IMG/VR virus record: IMGVR_UViG_2802429221_000019
Location: 1 to 27,845 of that record
Origin: a virus
Lineage: Duplodnaviria > Heunggongvirae > Uroviricota > Caudoviricetes
DNA: 27,845 nucleotides
Strand: one strand, 5' to 3'
The notes beneath the pieces are model-generated. The model worked only from the letters and a program-made list of their open reading frames with translations. It did not search any database and was not told the origin of the DNA. Shown piece by piece: positions 1 to 8,455 of this stretch. Each line of letters opens with the position of its first letter. The first letter of the stretch is position 1. The position numbers and the translations under genes are program-made.

Positions 1-50
1 TCGTTTCGACGCAAAATTCAGCAAGCGATCAAAACTGGTGAAAAATATCG

Positions 51-78
51 TTGACTCATCGCGTCAGGTAAGTAGAAT
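51..78 (+). promoter_or_regulatory. sigma70-type promoter of the tRNA operon
   Basis: TTGACT (51-56), 16-nt spacer, TAGAAT (73-78); A/T-rich stretch upstream and GC-rich discriminator downstream; about 70 nt upstream of the first tRNA. Confidence 0.5.
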
Positions 79-151
79 GCAACGCATCGAACGGCGGCAC
101 TGATTGCCAGACGATAATAAAATCAAGTGATTAGCTGATTGCTTGATGAAT

Positions 152-227
<76 letters not shown>

Positions 228-280
228 GTTTAAAAGACATCGGCTTAAGCGGGTGTCTGGCTGAAAAGCCTGAAGAATTT

Positions 281-354
281 GGCGCGTTAACAAAGCGGTT
301 ATGTAGCGGATTGCAAATCCGTCTAGTCCGGTTCGACTCCGGAACGCGCCTCCA
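281..354 (+). tRNA. cysT: tRNA-Cys (anticodon GCA)
   Basis: 74-nt tRNA: acceptor GGCGCGT/ACGCGCC, anticodon loop TTGCAAA, T-arm GGTTCGACTCC, CCA end. Confidence 0.93.
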
Positions 355-366
355 CTTTTTTCCCGA

Positions 367-453
367 GCCCGGATGGTGGAATCGGTAGACACAAGGGATT
401 TAAAATCCCTCGGCGTTCGCGCTGTGCGGGTTCAAGTCCCGCTCCGGGTACCA
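367..453 (+). tRNA. leuZ: tRNA-Leu (anticodon UAA), class II with long variable arm
   Basis: 87-nt tRNA: acceptor GCCCGGA/TCCGGGT, anticodon stem-loop AGGGA-TTTAAAA-TCCCT, long variable arm, T-arm GGTTCAAGTCC, CCA end. Confidence 0.93.
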
Positions 454-496
454 TGGGAAAGATAAGAATAAAATCAAAGCAATAAGCAGTGTCGTG

Positions 497-520
497 AAAC
501 CACCTTCGGGTGGTTTTTTT
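497..520 (+). terminator. rho-independent terminator of the tRNA operon
   Basis: stem AACCACC / GGTGGTT around TTCG tetraloop, followed by a T7 run. Confidence 0.75.
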
Positions 521-993
521 GTATTTGTATTTTGTTAAATGGCGGTAAAGTGGCGATGGTGTGGCGATATGCAGAAATAATGATAGTACACGTCTGTTTA
601 AACTCTAAGGGTGAAGCAAAACTCTCCTGCAACTCATCTGCATTTCGCATATTGAACTAGGGCCTTGGTTAAACCAAAGTTTTTTCTGGGATCTTCCCAC
701 TCAACTTCATTTTTCCTCCTACCATCCACCAAAAGGTGTCTGCGCTACTCTATCTTTTTTAATCTGACAACATCCTGAGAAAAAGACAAATTCGTTAGAT
801 TTACTGTCTTTCTGCTGCCTCGAATGCTGATGTCTGCAGCACTGATAATAACTCTATCTCTTTGATATAGATCTTTTTTTTGATGAATTGCACGGCATAT
901 TATCGTGATGGCACCTTCTTGTTAAAGGTGTTGTACTCCTCATCTCGATTTTATGATGTGGGCTATGATTGGTTAGTAATAGAGTGTATCGGT

Positions 994-1275
994 ATGCGAT
1001 GTGGTTTATTAATGGCAATCTGCCTTTGTTTGGTATCTTTTAGTGGGTATGCAGCAACAGGAAAGTCAGATGCTCAGATCAAGAAAGAAATAATTAAAGA
1101 ATCCATTGAATCTTATCCAGGCAATTGTGCGTGTCCGTATAATCATGCAAGGAATGGTAGTAGATGTGGTGGACGCAGTGCATATAGCCGTACTGGAGGG
1201 TATGACGTGGTATGTTATGAAAGTGATGTTACCGATGAAATGATCCGGCAATGGAAGCAGGAGAATGCTGAGTAA
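994..1275 (+). CDS. small secreted Cys-rich protein of unknown function (signal peptide MRCGLLMAICLCLVSFSGYA; motif CxCPY...RCGGRSA)
   Basis: ORF-track frame 880..1275; start at 994 preferred because it begins a typical signal peptide, and the 38 residues upstream are non-hydrophobic. Lies in an AT-rich islet. Family not identified with certainty. Confidence 0.5.
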   Translation: MRCGLLMAICLCLVSFSGYAATGKSDAQIKKEIIKESIESYPGNCACPYNHARNGSRCGGRSAYSRTGGYDVVCYESDVTDEMIRQWKQENAE

Positions 1276-1340
1276 TCTCTTTTAACTGATTTGTTGTGCG
1301 AGCATTATGTGCAGTTAACGGCTCACTAGCTAGTGAGAGT

Positions 1341-1378
1341 TCCAAAAAGAAACCCCGCAGTTTTTACGCTGCGGGGTT
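1341..1378 (-). terminator. intrinsic terminator (minus-strand sense) downstream of the hok-like gene
   Basis: perfect 10-bp stem AACCCCGCAG / CTGCGGGGTT (1351-1360 / 1369-1378) with 8-nt loop; on the minus strand it is followed by TCTTTTTGG. Confidence 0.5.
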
Positions 1379-1464
1379 GTTATTCATGCCTATGAGATAG
1401 GGTGCCTTATCGGCCTTACCCTAGCAACCGATTGACGGGGAGTTGCCTCCCCGTCGCGGTTTCC

Positions 1465-1605
1465 TTACTGCTTACACTGTAAGAACGCCGCAAACTCCGC
1501 TCCCCAGAAGCTCATCCGTATTTCACACAGCGAACCGTGCAGCATCCAGATGATGAGGATTACCGTCACGCAGAACGTGATGGCCGTAAGCGATTTTTGC
1601 GACAT
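1465..1605 (-). CDS. Hok/Gef-family-like type I toxin (46 aa: MSQKSLTAITFCVTVILIIWMLHGSLCEIRMSFWGAEFAAFLQCKQ)
   Basis: Translated by hand (below ORF-track length cutoff). N-terminal TM helix followed by SLCEIR and G.E.AAF, which resemble the Hok signature (..SLCEIR..G..EVAAF..). Strong SD AAGGAG 8 nt upstream, enclosed in an inverted repeat (AGCGC..CTCC..GGAG..GCGCT). Confidence 0.55.
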   Translation of the reverse strand: MSQKSLTAITFCVTVILIIWMLHGSLCEIRMSFWGAEFAAFLQCKQ

Positions 1606-1756
1606 AGCGCTTGCTCCTTTGTTGGAGAGGCGCTAACCTATCACTTGCTAGGTTGACGGGTTAGGGCCTCGGTTAAACAGAAATGTTTTCCGGGGCCTTT
1701 CCACATCCGGCCTTCGGGTATTCCCTCCGACCATCAGCCGAAAGGCACCCGCACGT

Positions 1757-1785
1757 AATCTATCGCTTTTTTGTTACTCCGGCAA
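1757..1785 (-). promoter_or_regulatory. candidate sigma70 promoter for the hok-like transcript
   Basis: minus-strand TTGCCG (1785-1780), 17-nt spacer, TAGATT (1762-1757); would give a leader of about 145 nt, as expected for hok-type mRNAs. Confidence 0.4.
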
Positions 1786-1794
1786 TTCTGCCTG

Positions 1795-2055
1795 TTAATT
1801 CTGAGGTAAAGGCAAACTCATCTGATTGTTTCCCCTGTGTGAAGCTGGCAGCTCATGCCACGGGATACCTTCTGATGAGTGAACGCCGGAGGCGTGTTTC
1901 GATGTGAATTTATGGAAAGCTTCCAGTGTTGAGAAGCATACGCCGCATTCCAGGTTGTTACACTGGTAATACTTTTGCCGCACGGTGTTTGAATCATTTT
2001 CCGGACGACTGGTGCGGATACGGGCAGATGCGCCACAAAGCGGACAACGGAACAT
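1795..2055 (-). CDS. ogr: Ogr/Delta-family zinc-finger late-gene transcription activator
   Basis: N-terminus MFRCPLCGASARIRTSR...YYQCNNLECGVCFS with CxxC...CxxxxC zinc finger as in P2 Ogr; SD AAGGAGG 5 nt upstream; immediately follows D as in P2. Confidence 0.85.
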   Translation of the reverse strand: MFRCPLCGASARIRTSRPENDSNTVRQKYYQCNNLECGVCFSTLEAFHKFTSKHASGVHSSEGIPWHELPASHRGNNQMSLPLPQN

Positions 2056-2097
2056 AGCGACCTCCTTTAACGTGGTGCTGCCGCTATTCTAAGTTGC

Positions 2098-3207
2098 TCA
2101 CTCTGTTTCCGCTATCCATTCCGGGATTTTTGCCTCAAGCTCAAGCTGCGTGGTAAAGCCGCTGTTATCAATGGTGTGCTCGGCTTTTGCAATAATCCAG
2201 TCCTGATTATCAATCTCGCTTTTAAATCCTGTTACCGTGCCATGCATTTCGGGGTAGAGTTCTGCTCGTCCACGTGCCAGCGTGATGGAGAATGATGCGG
2301 CTCCGCGTTGTAGTTGTTGCCACTTTGCCGCCGCTGCGCGTCTTGCTGCCTGCTCGTTCTGATAAGTCTTGCGTAACACAAACACATTGCCTTCCGCGCC
2401 TTCCATATAATCACCTTCACGGCTGCTGCTTTTCTCTTTTTTCGGTTTTGGCGGTTTGCGGCGTTTCACGCTGACTTTTTTCTTTTTCCCGTAATTAAGA
2501 TCAAGCCAGTAAGCGCGTACCCCCGTATACGCCTCGCGGTCAGCAATGCGGAACTGATGGCGATCGCCGCTGCTGCGGGTGATGGAGAACGATGGCAACG
2601 GCTGGCCCTGTGCGTTCACGCCACCGCCGGGCATGATGAATAACAGATTACCGCTTTTTACCGTGGTGATTGCGCCCAGCATTTCCGCCATGCGCGTAAG
2701 GAAGGACATGTCGCTTTCTTCAGTCTGGTCGGCGTGGTCGATTTCGATATCCATCAGCATTTCGCTGATTTGCGGTTTCAGACCGTACCGATGAGCGATG
2801 GCGGATACCACGCGCTCAACGGTCACATCATGCCAGGACACTTCACGTTTAACGTTAAATTCATCCCGAAAATCTGCGCTTCTGGCTGAAACAGTCAGCC
2901 TGTCCGGCGGTCCTTCGTGTGCGATTTCATCAACAATGTAAGACCCTTTTTCTGTCAGCGGTTCGCCTTTCCAGCCAATGAGAACCGTCAGGCACGCGCC
3001 CCGTGGTGGAAGCTGCAACTGACCATCCGCATCATCCAGCGTAATGGTGAGCTGGTCTGCCTCAAATCCCCGGTTGTCGGTCAGCGACAGGCTCATCAGG
3101 CGCTCTGCCACGCCGGACAGCGTTTTACCCTCCGCGAGAATATCAAAATCCGGCATTTTCACGGGGTCTGTGCTCTGACTGAGCAATTGCATGGTGGTAT
3201 CGGTCAT
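2098..3207 (-). CDS. D: tail protein D (late control D family)
   Basis: ORF-track frame 2098..3339; start chosen at ATG 3207 (MTDTTMQLL...) with SD GGGAGGGAG upstream. P2 gpD-like in size and sequence; contains a Lys-rich insertion KKKKVSVKRRKPPKPKKEK. Confidence 0.85.
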   Translation of the reverse strand: MTDTTMQLLSQSTDPVKMPDFDILAEGKTLSGVAERLMSLSLTDNRGFEADQLTITLDDADGQLQLPPRGACLTVLIGWKGEPLTEKGSYIVDEIAHEGPPDRLTVSARSADFRDEFNVKREVSWHDVTVERVVSAIAHRYGLKPQISEMLMDIEIDHADQTEESDMSFLTRMAEMLGAITTVKSGNLLFIMPGGGVNAQGQPLPSFSITRSSGDRHQFRIADREAYTGVRAYWLDLNYGKKKKVSVKRRKPPKPKKEKSSSREGDYMEGAEGNVFVLRKTYQNEQAARRAAAAKWQQLQRGAASFSITLARGRAELYPEMHGTVTGFKSEIDNQDWIIAKAEHTIDNSGFTTQLELEAKIPEWIAETE

Positions 3208-3364
3208 CTGCTCCCTCCCTGTGCGGCATGGTCGCATGTGTGTGCGGGCGGGGTTACTGCTTTTTGTTGTCGCCGGGCGGCAAGAACGGCGCAGGGGTGA
3301 GATTACGCGCGTGGTGGGTGATGATTGTTGCCGAATCATTTAACGGATACAAGGGGCTGAAGCT

Positions 3365-4549
3365 ATGAGTGAAACTCGTTTTCATGGTGCCCGTGTTACG
3401 GAAAATACCGACCTGGTAACAGCGATTAACGATGTTGATTCCAGCGTTATCGGTATCGTGGCAACGGCGGATGATGCGGACGCGAAGCTGTTCCCGCTGA
3501 ACAAGCCCACACTGCTGACCCGCGTCAATGACGTGCTGGGAAAATGCGGAACAACGGGGACGCTTTATCGTGTGCTTAAGGCCATCGCAGACCAGGTGAG
3601 CACAAAGGTGATCGTCGTTCGCGTGGCTGAACACAAAGAAGAAGACGGAAAGACGCAGGATCAACTGGTTATCGGTGGTTCTGAGGATGACGGCAGCTAT
3701 ACGGGGATGTATGCGCTGCTTGTTGCAGAGCAGGATGAAAGCATCGGATACCGTCCGCGTATTCTGGCCGCGCCGGAGCTGGACACGGAGGCGGTGACAA
3801 AATCCCTGTGCGTGATTGCGGGTAAACTGCGCGCGTTTGTGTATGCCTCATGTCACGGCTGTAACACGATGGCTGAAGCGATTACCTACCGCCAGAAATT
3901 CAACGAACGTGAAGTGATGCTCTTGTGGCCGGACTTCATCGCCTACAACACGAAAAGTGGCGAAAACGAAACGTTCCCCGCGCCTGCCTATGCGTGCGGC
4001 CTTCGTGCGTACATTGACCATGAGCAGGGCTGGCACAAATCGCTGTCCAACGTTCCGGTTAAAAATGTGCTGGGGATGTCCAGGCATGTGTTCTGGTCGT
4101 TACAGGCCGAAGACAGCGATGCCAACAGCCTCAACAACAAAGAAATCACGACCATTATTCGTCGCAACGGGTTCCGCTTCTGGGGCAACCGCACACCGGA
4201 AACGAACGCCTACATCTTTGAGGTGTATACCCGAACCGCACAGGTGCTGGCTGATTCAATTGCGGAAGCGCAGTTTGAAACCATCGACAGTCCACTGACG
4301 CCTGCGAACGTGAAGGATGTTATCAGTGCCATCAGGGCAAAACTGGATTCACTGGTTACTGCCGGGAAACTGATTGGCGCGGAGTGCTGGTATGACGTGG
4401 TGGATAACAGCACCACGGATTTACGTCAGGGGCGTGTGCGTATTCGCTACAAATATACGCCCGTTCCGCCACTGGAAGACATGGAGCTTTACCAGACGTT
4501 TACTGATGAATACTTTGAACCCGCATTTGCGGTGTTGGGAGGTGCCTGA
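3365..4549 (+). CDS. FI: contractile tail sheath protein
   Basis: 394 aa; conserved segments FPLNKP, GFRFWGNRT, YTPVPPLE as in P2 gpFI; SD AAGGGG upstream. Confidence 0.9.
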   Translation: MSETRFHGARVTENTDLVTAINDVDSSVIGIVATADDADAKLFPLNKPTLLTRVNDVLGKCGTTGTLYRVLKAIADQVSTKVIVVRVAEHKEEDGKTQDQLVIGGSEDDGSYTGMYALLVAEQDESIGYRPRILAAPELDTEAVTKSLCVIAGKLRAFVYASCHGCNTMAEAITYRQKFNEREVMLLWPDFIAYNTKSGENETFPAPAYACGLRAYIDHEQGWHKSLSNVPVKNVLGMSRHVFWSLQAEDSDANSLNNKEITTIIRRNGFRFWGNRTPETNAYIFEVYTRTAQVLADSIAEAQFETIDSPLTPANVKDVISAIRAKLDSLVTAGKLIGAECWYDVVDNSTTDLRQGRVRIRYKYTPVPPLEDMELYQTFTDEYFEPAFAVLGGA

Positions 4550-5061
4550 TGGCTGTGCCAAAACATCTTCGCTTTTTTACGCTGTTTGTGGATGGTGAAA
4601 ACGAAGTGGGTAAGGTGACGTCCGTCACTCTGCCTAAGCTGACGCGCAAAACCGACAGCTACCGGGGTGGTGGCATGATGGGGGCGGTAAGTATTGATCT
4701 CGGTCTGGACGACTCCGCGCTTGATGCGAGCTTTGTCATGGGGGGCGCAGTTCGTGAGCTGTTCCTTAAGTATGGCGGCACGATTGACGGCACGCTGCTG
4801 CGTTTTGCGGGTGAATACTACACCGATGCAGAAAGCGACCTGTATGAAGTCGAAATGCGCGGACGTGTGACGGAAATTGATATGGGGGAAGCCAAACAGG
4901 GCGAAGCCACATCACACACTTACGCCATTAAAAACACCTACTACAAGCTGAGTGTTAACGATCGCCCGTTGTGGGAGATTGACCTGCTGAACTTCATTTA
5001 CCGGAAGGACGGCAAGGACATTGCGCCCGATCGCATCCGTTCCGCGCTTGGGCTTGGCTGA
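4549..5061 (+). CDS. FII: tail tube protein
   Basis: 170 aa; ATG overlaps the FI stop (TGATG); size and position as for P2 gpFII. Confidence 0.88.
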   Translation: MAVPKHLRFFTLFVDGENEVGKVTSVTLPKLTRKTDSYRGGGMMGAVSIDLGLDDSALDASFVMGGAVRELFLKYGGTIDGTLLRFAGEYYTDAESDLYEVEMRGRVTEIDMGEAKQGEATSHTYAIKNTYYKLSVNDRPLWEIDLLNFIYRKDGKDIAPDRIRSALGLG

Positions 5062-5116
5062 TAAGTAATATGCAGGCGGCGCAGTGCGTCGCCTCTGACT
5101 GAAAAGGAGACCACTG

Positions 5117-5491
5117 ATGAAAAACATCGATACTGAAACCCAGAATAACACCGTGGCGGATGATGTGACGGCAGATGAGGATATGGCTGTCGAACGTGGT
5201 GTAAAACTTTCCCGGCCAATTGAGCGTGGCGGCGAAAAAATCACGTATGTGGAGATCACCGGGGCTATTGAGCAGGCTGGATCCCTGCGAGGTTTGTCGC
5301 TGTCTGATGTGCTGAATCTGAAAGCGGATACCATGTTCACGCTGTTGCCTCGCGTGACTTCGCCACGACTGGATGAAGTGATGATTAAAAAAATGTCGTC
5401 ACGCGATTTTATTCAGTTGTGCGCTGTGGCTGTAAATTTTATGAGCGAGCCAGACTCTGGCGCGAAGAGCGTGCAGGAGACGGCAGCGTAA
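5117..5491 (+). CDS. E: tail assembly chaperone E
   Basis: 124 aa between tail tube and tape-measure genes; SD AAGGAG 7 nt upstream; overlapping -1 frame ORF (E') continues into the T start region. Confidence 0.7.
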   Translation: MKNIDTETQNNTVADDVTADEDMAVERGVKLSRPIERGGEKITYVEITGAIEQAGSLRGLSLSDVLNLKADTMFTLLPRVTSPRLDEVMIKKMSSRDFIQLCAVAVNFMSEPDSGAKSVQETAA

Positions 5492-5655
5492 TCACCCTGG
5501 TGTGCTTTGAGCACATCGAAGATCTGGTGGCGGATATTGCCGCCATTTTTAACTGGTCGCCCGCCGAAATCTTCATGATGACGCCCGGCGAAGTGGTTAG
5601 CTGGCGTGAGCGGGCGGCACTTCGCAGCGGGAATGCAGACAATGAAGACTCTTGA
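5117..5655 (+). CDS. E+E' tail chaperone produced by programmed -1 frameshift (predicted)
   Basis: -1 frame is open from 5389 to 5655; slippery heptamer A AAT TTT at 5434-5440 in the E frame; analogous to P2 E/E+E' and lambda G/GT. Confidence 0.45.
5434..5440 (+). promoter_or_regulatory. candidate -1 ribosomal frameshift heptamer AAATTTT
   Basis: X XXY YYZ pattern in the zero frame of E inside the E/E' overlap; an alternative A7 run at 5387-5393 is less favourably placed. Confidence 0.4.
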
Positions 5656-8449
5656 TATCCGGGTCGCTTTCAGCGCCGTTGACAGGCTGACCCGGCCTGC
5701 CGAAAACGCCCGCCGCCTGATGGGGCAGTTTGGTGACTCCATCCAGCGAACGCAGGGGGCGATCAAAAATCTCGAGCGTCAGGCGCGTTCATTTGAGCGC
5801 GCCCGTGACGCTGTCAGTAAAGCGGATGCGGGCATCGTAAAAGCACGACGCCAGCTTAACGCCCTTAATCAGTTACAACGCACGGGTACAGTGCTCAGCG
5901 AAAAACAGCAAAAGCTGATGCAGCAGTTAAGCACCCGGCTTGAACGCCTGAATGAATCGCGCACACGGGAAATTCAGAAAATGCGGGAACTTGGCGGAGA
6001 GCTGAAACGCCACGGCATTTCCCTGACAGGCAGCGATAACACCATCCAGCAGGCCATCAGACGCACCGAACAGTACAACAACCAGCTTGAACGCGAACGG
6101 CAGGCGCTTGCGCGTGTAACGCGGGCGCGTGAGCGGTATTCGCGCGCGCAGGAAACAGCGGGAAAACTGAAAACAGGTGGTGCGCTGGCAATTGGTGCGG
6201 CAGCGGCGGGCGGCTATGCTGCCGGGCGTTTTTTGCAGCCTGCGATCGGGTTCGGGAAAGAGATGTCCCGCGTTCAGGCACTGACGCGAATCGACCAGAA
6301 CAGCCCGCAGTTTAAGGTGCTGCGTGAGCAGGCGTTAAAACTTGGCTCTGAAACGCAGTTCACCGCAGGCGATGCCGCCAGTGGACAGGCATTTCTTGCA
6401 ATGGCTGGCTTCACTCCGCAGGCCATTCAGGCTGCGCTTCCCGGCGTACTGAGCATGGCAACGGCTGGCGGTATGGATCTCGGCGAGACGGCAGATATTG
6501 GCTCAAATATCCTGACGCAGTTCGGCCTTTCTGCTGACCAGATGGACCGGGTCGGTGACACACTCACCGCAGCGTTTACCCGTACCAACACTGACCTTCG
6601 CGCACTGGGCGAAACCATGAAATATGCAGGTCCGGTGGCGGGTAAGCTGGGAATATCGCTGGAGCAGGCCGCAGCGATGGCGGGCGTACTGGCGAATATG
6701 GGCATCAGAGGGAGTGATGCCGGGACGGCAATGCGTGCCAGCCTGGCTCGTCTGGCATCACCGCCAAAGGCAGCGGCAGAAGCGCTGAAAGAGCTGGGCG
6801 TGTCCGTCTCGGATGCCGGGGGCAAAATGCGCCCGATGGAAGATCTGCTGGCTGACCTTTATAAAGCTACCCGCAAATACGGGGAAGTTGACCGGGTATC
6901 CTTCTTTAAGGACATCGCCGGGGAAGAGGCTTTCACATCGTTTATGGCACTCGTTGATGCGGCGGGTGACGGTTCCTTACCCAAACTGAGAAAAGAACTT
7001 GAGGGCGCACGCGGTGAGGCTGAACGCACGGCAAAGGTTATGGCCGACAACCTTGATGGCGACCTGAAAAATCTCGACAGCGCATGGGAAGGTCTTCGTA
7101 TTCGCATCAGTGATCTGGTTGACGGTTCGCTGCGTTCTGTCACGCAGTGGCTAACGCGGGTGGTCTCAAAAGTGACGGCACTGGCGCAGGCCCATCCTGT
7201 ACTGACGCGCCAGCTACTGATTGCAGGCGGTGCGCTGCTGGCAGTGACTGCAACCGTAGGCTCGTTGTCGCTTGCTCTTGGTGTGCTTGCTGGCCCACTG
7301 GCAAAACTGCGTCTTGGTTTTTCCCTCCTGACCGGATCAATGAATGCTGTCAGGCTCCTGCCTGCACTATGGGGAATGGTGACGGGTTCCGTTTCGTTAC
7401 TGGGGGGCGCTATCGGGGCGCTGTTCAGCCCGGTCGGATTGATTGCTGCTGCGTTTGTGGCTGCGGCAGTTCTCATCTGGAAATACTGGGAACCCATCAA
7501 GGCGTTTTATGCCGGGGTGTTCAGCGGGATTATGGAGCGGCTGGCCCCGTTACGCGAAACCTTTGAACGGTTTGGTCCTGTTTTTGACGCAATCGGAAGC
7601 GGGATCAGCCAGGTGTTTAACTGGTTTAAATCGCTGTTGTCACCGATGGAGTCCAGCAAGGAAACGCTGGATAAATGCACAAGTGCTGGCGAGGTATTCG
7701 GTAACGTTCTTGGCGGTGCGTTACAGCTTGTCCTGACGCCTGCAAAAATGCTGCTGGATACGTTGGCGTGGATACTTGAAAAACTCGGTGTTCTTCCGGA
7801 TGAAGCGGAAAGGGCGCGCAAGAAAATCGAAGACGCGCAGCGTGCGGCCATTCTTCAGGACAAGGTTGCTCTGTTTCAGGGAGACATTGCGAAAATCAAT
7901 CCGCCGAAGCCTGTGGAAAATGGCAATGGCACCGGAGGTGATAACCCCAAAGACAACAAACCGCTCACAGACAGCAATACCGGTACGCTACGCAGACTCA
8001 GCAAAATTGCTGATAACACAGGTAAGCTGGTTGATGAGACGAAAAAACGCATTGGCCCCGGCGATATTGTCTTTAAGAACCTGCCCCGCGCACTTGCCGT
8101 TCGTGGGGAGTGGCAGGAGCGGAAGATTGCGCAGGTCAGTAAGCCTGCCCCCGCAATTAATATCACACCTGTGGTTCCGGCTCCGCTGCCTCCGGCGCTG
8201 GTCCCTGTTGTTGCGGCCAGCTCCCGCCCGGTGGCAGAGGCCATACGATCGCCAGTGGCATCAGTTCCTGCAACTTCCCGTAACCGGGAGCCTGTTGCCT
8301 CCGGATTTGGCGGTGAAATTCATGTTCATCTGCATAACGTTGTTACGCAGAATCCCCGCGAACTGGCGAAACTGGTCGGTGAAATGGTCAGGGCAGAAAT
8401 GGAACGGCGCGCCCGTGCCGGGCGTGGCAGTTTTTACGATAAAGATTGA
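5606..8449 (+). CDS. T: tail tape measure protein
   Basis: 947-aa ORF (GTG at 5606; possible ATG starts at 5633 or 5642); coiled-coil N-terminus, Gly/Ala-rich hydrophobic core, position between chaperone and U. Confidence 0.85.
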   Translation: MSGRHFAAGMQTMKTLDIRVAFSAVDRLTRPAENARRLMGQFGDSIQRTQGAIKNLERQARSFERARDAVSKADAGIVKARRQLNALNQLQRTGTVLSEKQQKLMQQLSTRLERLNESRTREIQKMRELGGELKRHGISLTGSDNTIQQAIRRTEQYNNQLERERQALARVTRARERYSRAQETAGKLKTGGALAIGAAAAGGYAAGRFLQPAIGFGKEMSRVQALTRIDQNSPQFKVLREQALKLGSETQFTAGDAASGQAFLAMAGFTPQAIQAALPGVLSMATAGGMDLGETADIGSNILTQFGLSADQMDRVGDTLTAAFTRTNTDLRALGETMKYAGPVAGKLGISLEQAAAMAGVLANMGIRGSDAGTAMRASLARLASPPKAAAEALKELGVSVSDAGGKMRPMEDLLADLYKATRKYGEVDRVSFFKDIAGEEAFTSFMALVDAAGDGSLPKLRKELEGARGEAERTAKVMADNLDGDLKNLDSAWEGLRIRISDLVDGSLRSVTQWLTRVVSKVTALAQAHPVLTRQLLIAGGALLAVTATVGSLSLALGVLAGPLAKLRLGFSLLTGSMNAVRLLPALWGMVTGSVSLLGGAIGALFSPVGLIAAAFVAAAVLIWKYWEPIKAFYAGVFSGIMERLAPLRETFERFGPVFDAIGSGISQVFNWFKSLLSPMESSKETLDKCTSAGEVFGNVLGGALQLVLTPAKMLLDTLAWILEKLGVLPDEAERARKKIEDAQRAAILQDKVALFQGDIAKINPPKPVENGNGTGGDNPKDNKPLTDSNTGTLRRLSKIADNTGKLVDETKKRIGPGDIVFKNLPRALAVRGEWQERKIAQVSKPAPAINITPVVPAPLPPALVPVVAASSRPVAEAIRSPVASVPATSRNREPVASGFGGEIHVHLHNVVTQNPRELAKLVGEMVRAEMERRARAGRGSFYDKD

Positions 8450-8455
8450 GGAGTC

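Noticed and set aside
880-993. N-terminal extension of the cargo ORF (start at 880)
   Set aside because: The segment upstream of Met39 is not signal-peptide-like, whereas Met39 begins a typical signal peptide; the shorter form is preferred but unverified.
1683-2036. ORFs 1683..1907 (+) and 1818..2036 (-)
   Set aside because: They overlap the ogr gene and the hok-like leader in other frames; ogr has the zinc-finger motif and an SD, the others have no support.
3208-3339. N-terminal extension of D to 3339
   Set aside because: The internal ATG at 3207 has a strong SD and gives a length close to P2 gpD; the upstream 44 codons are Arg/Pro/Ser-rich translation of the intergenic region.
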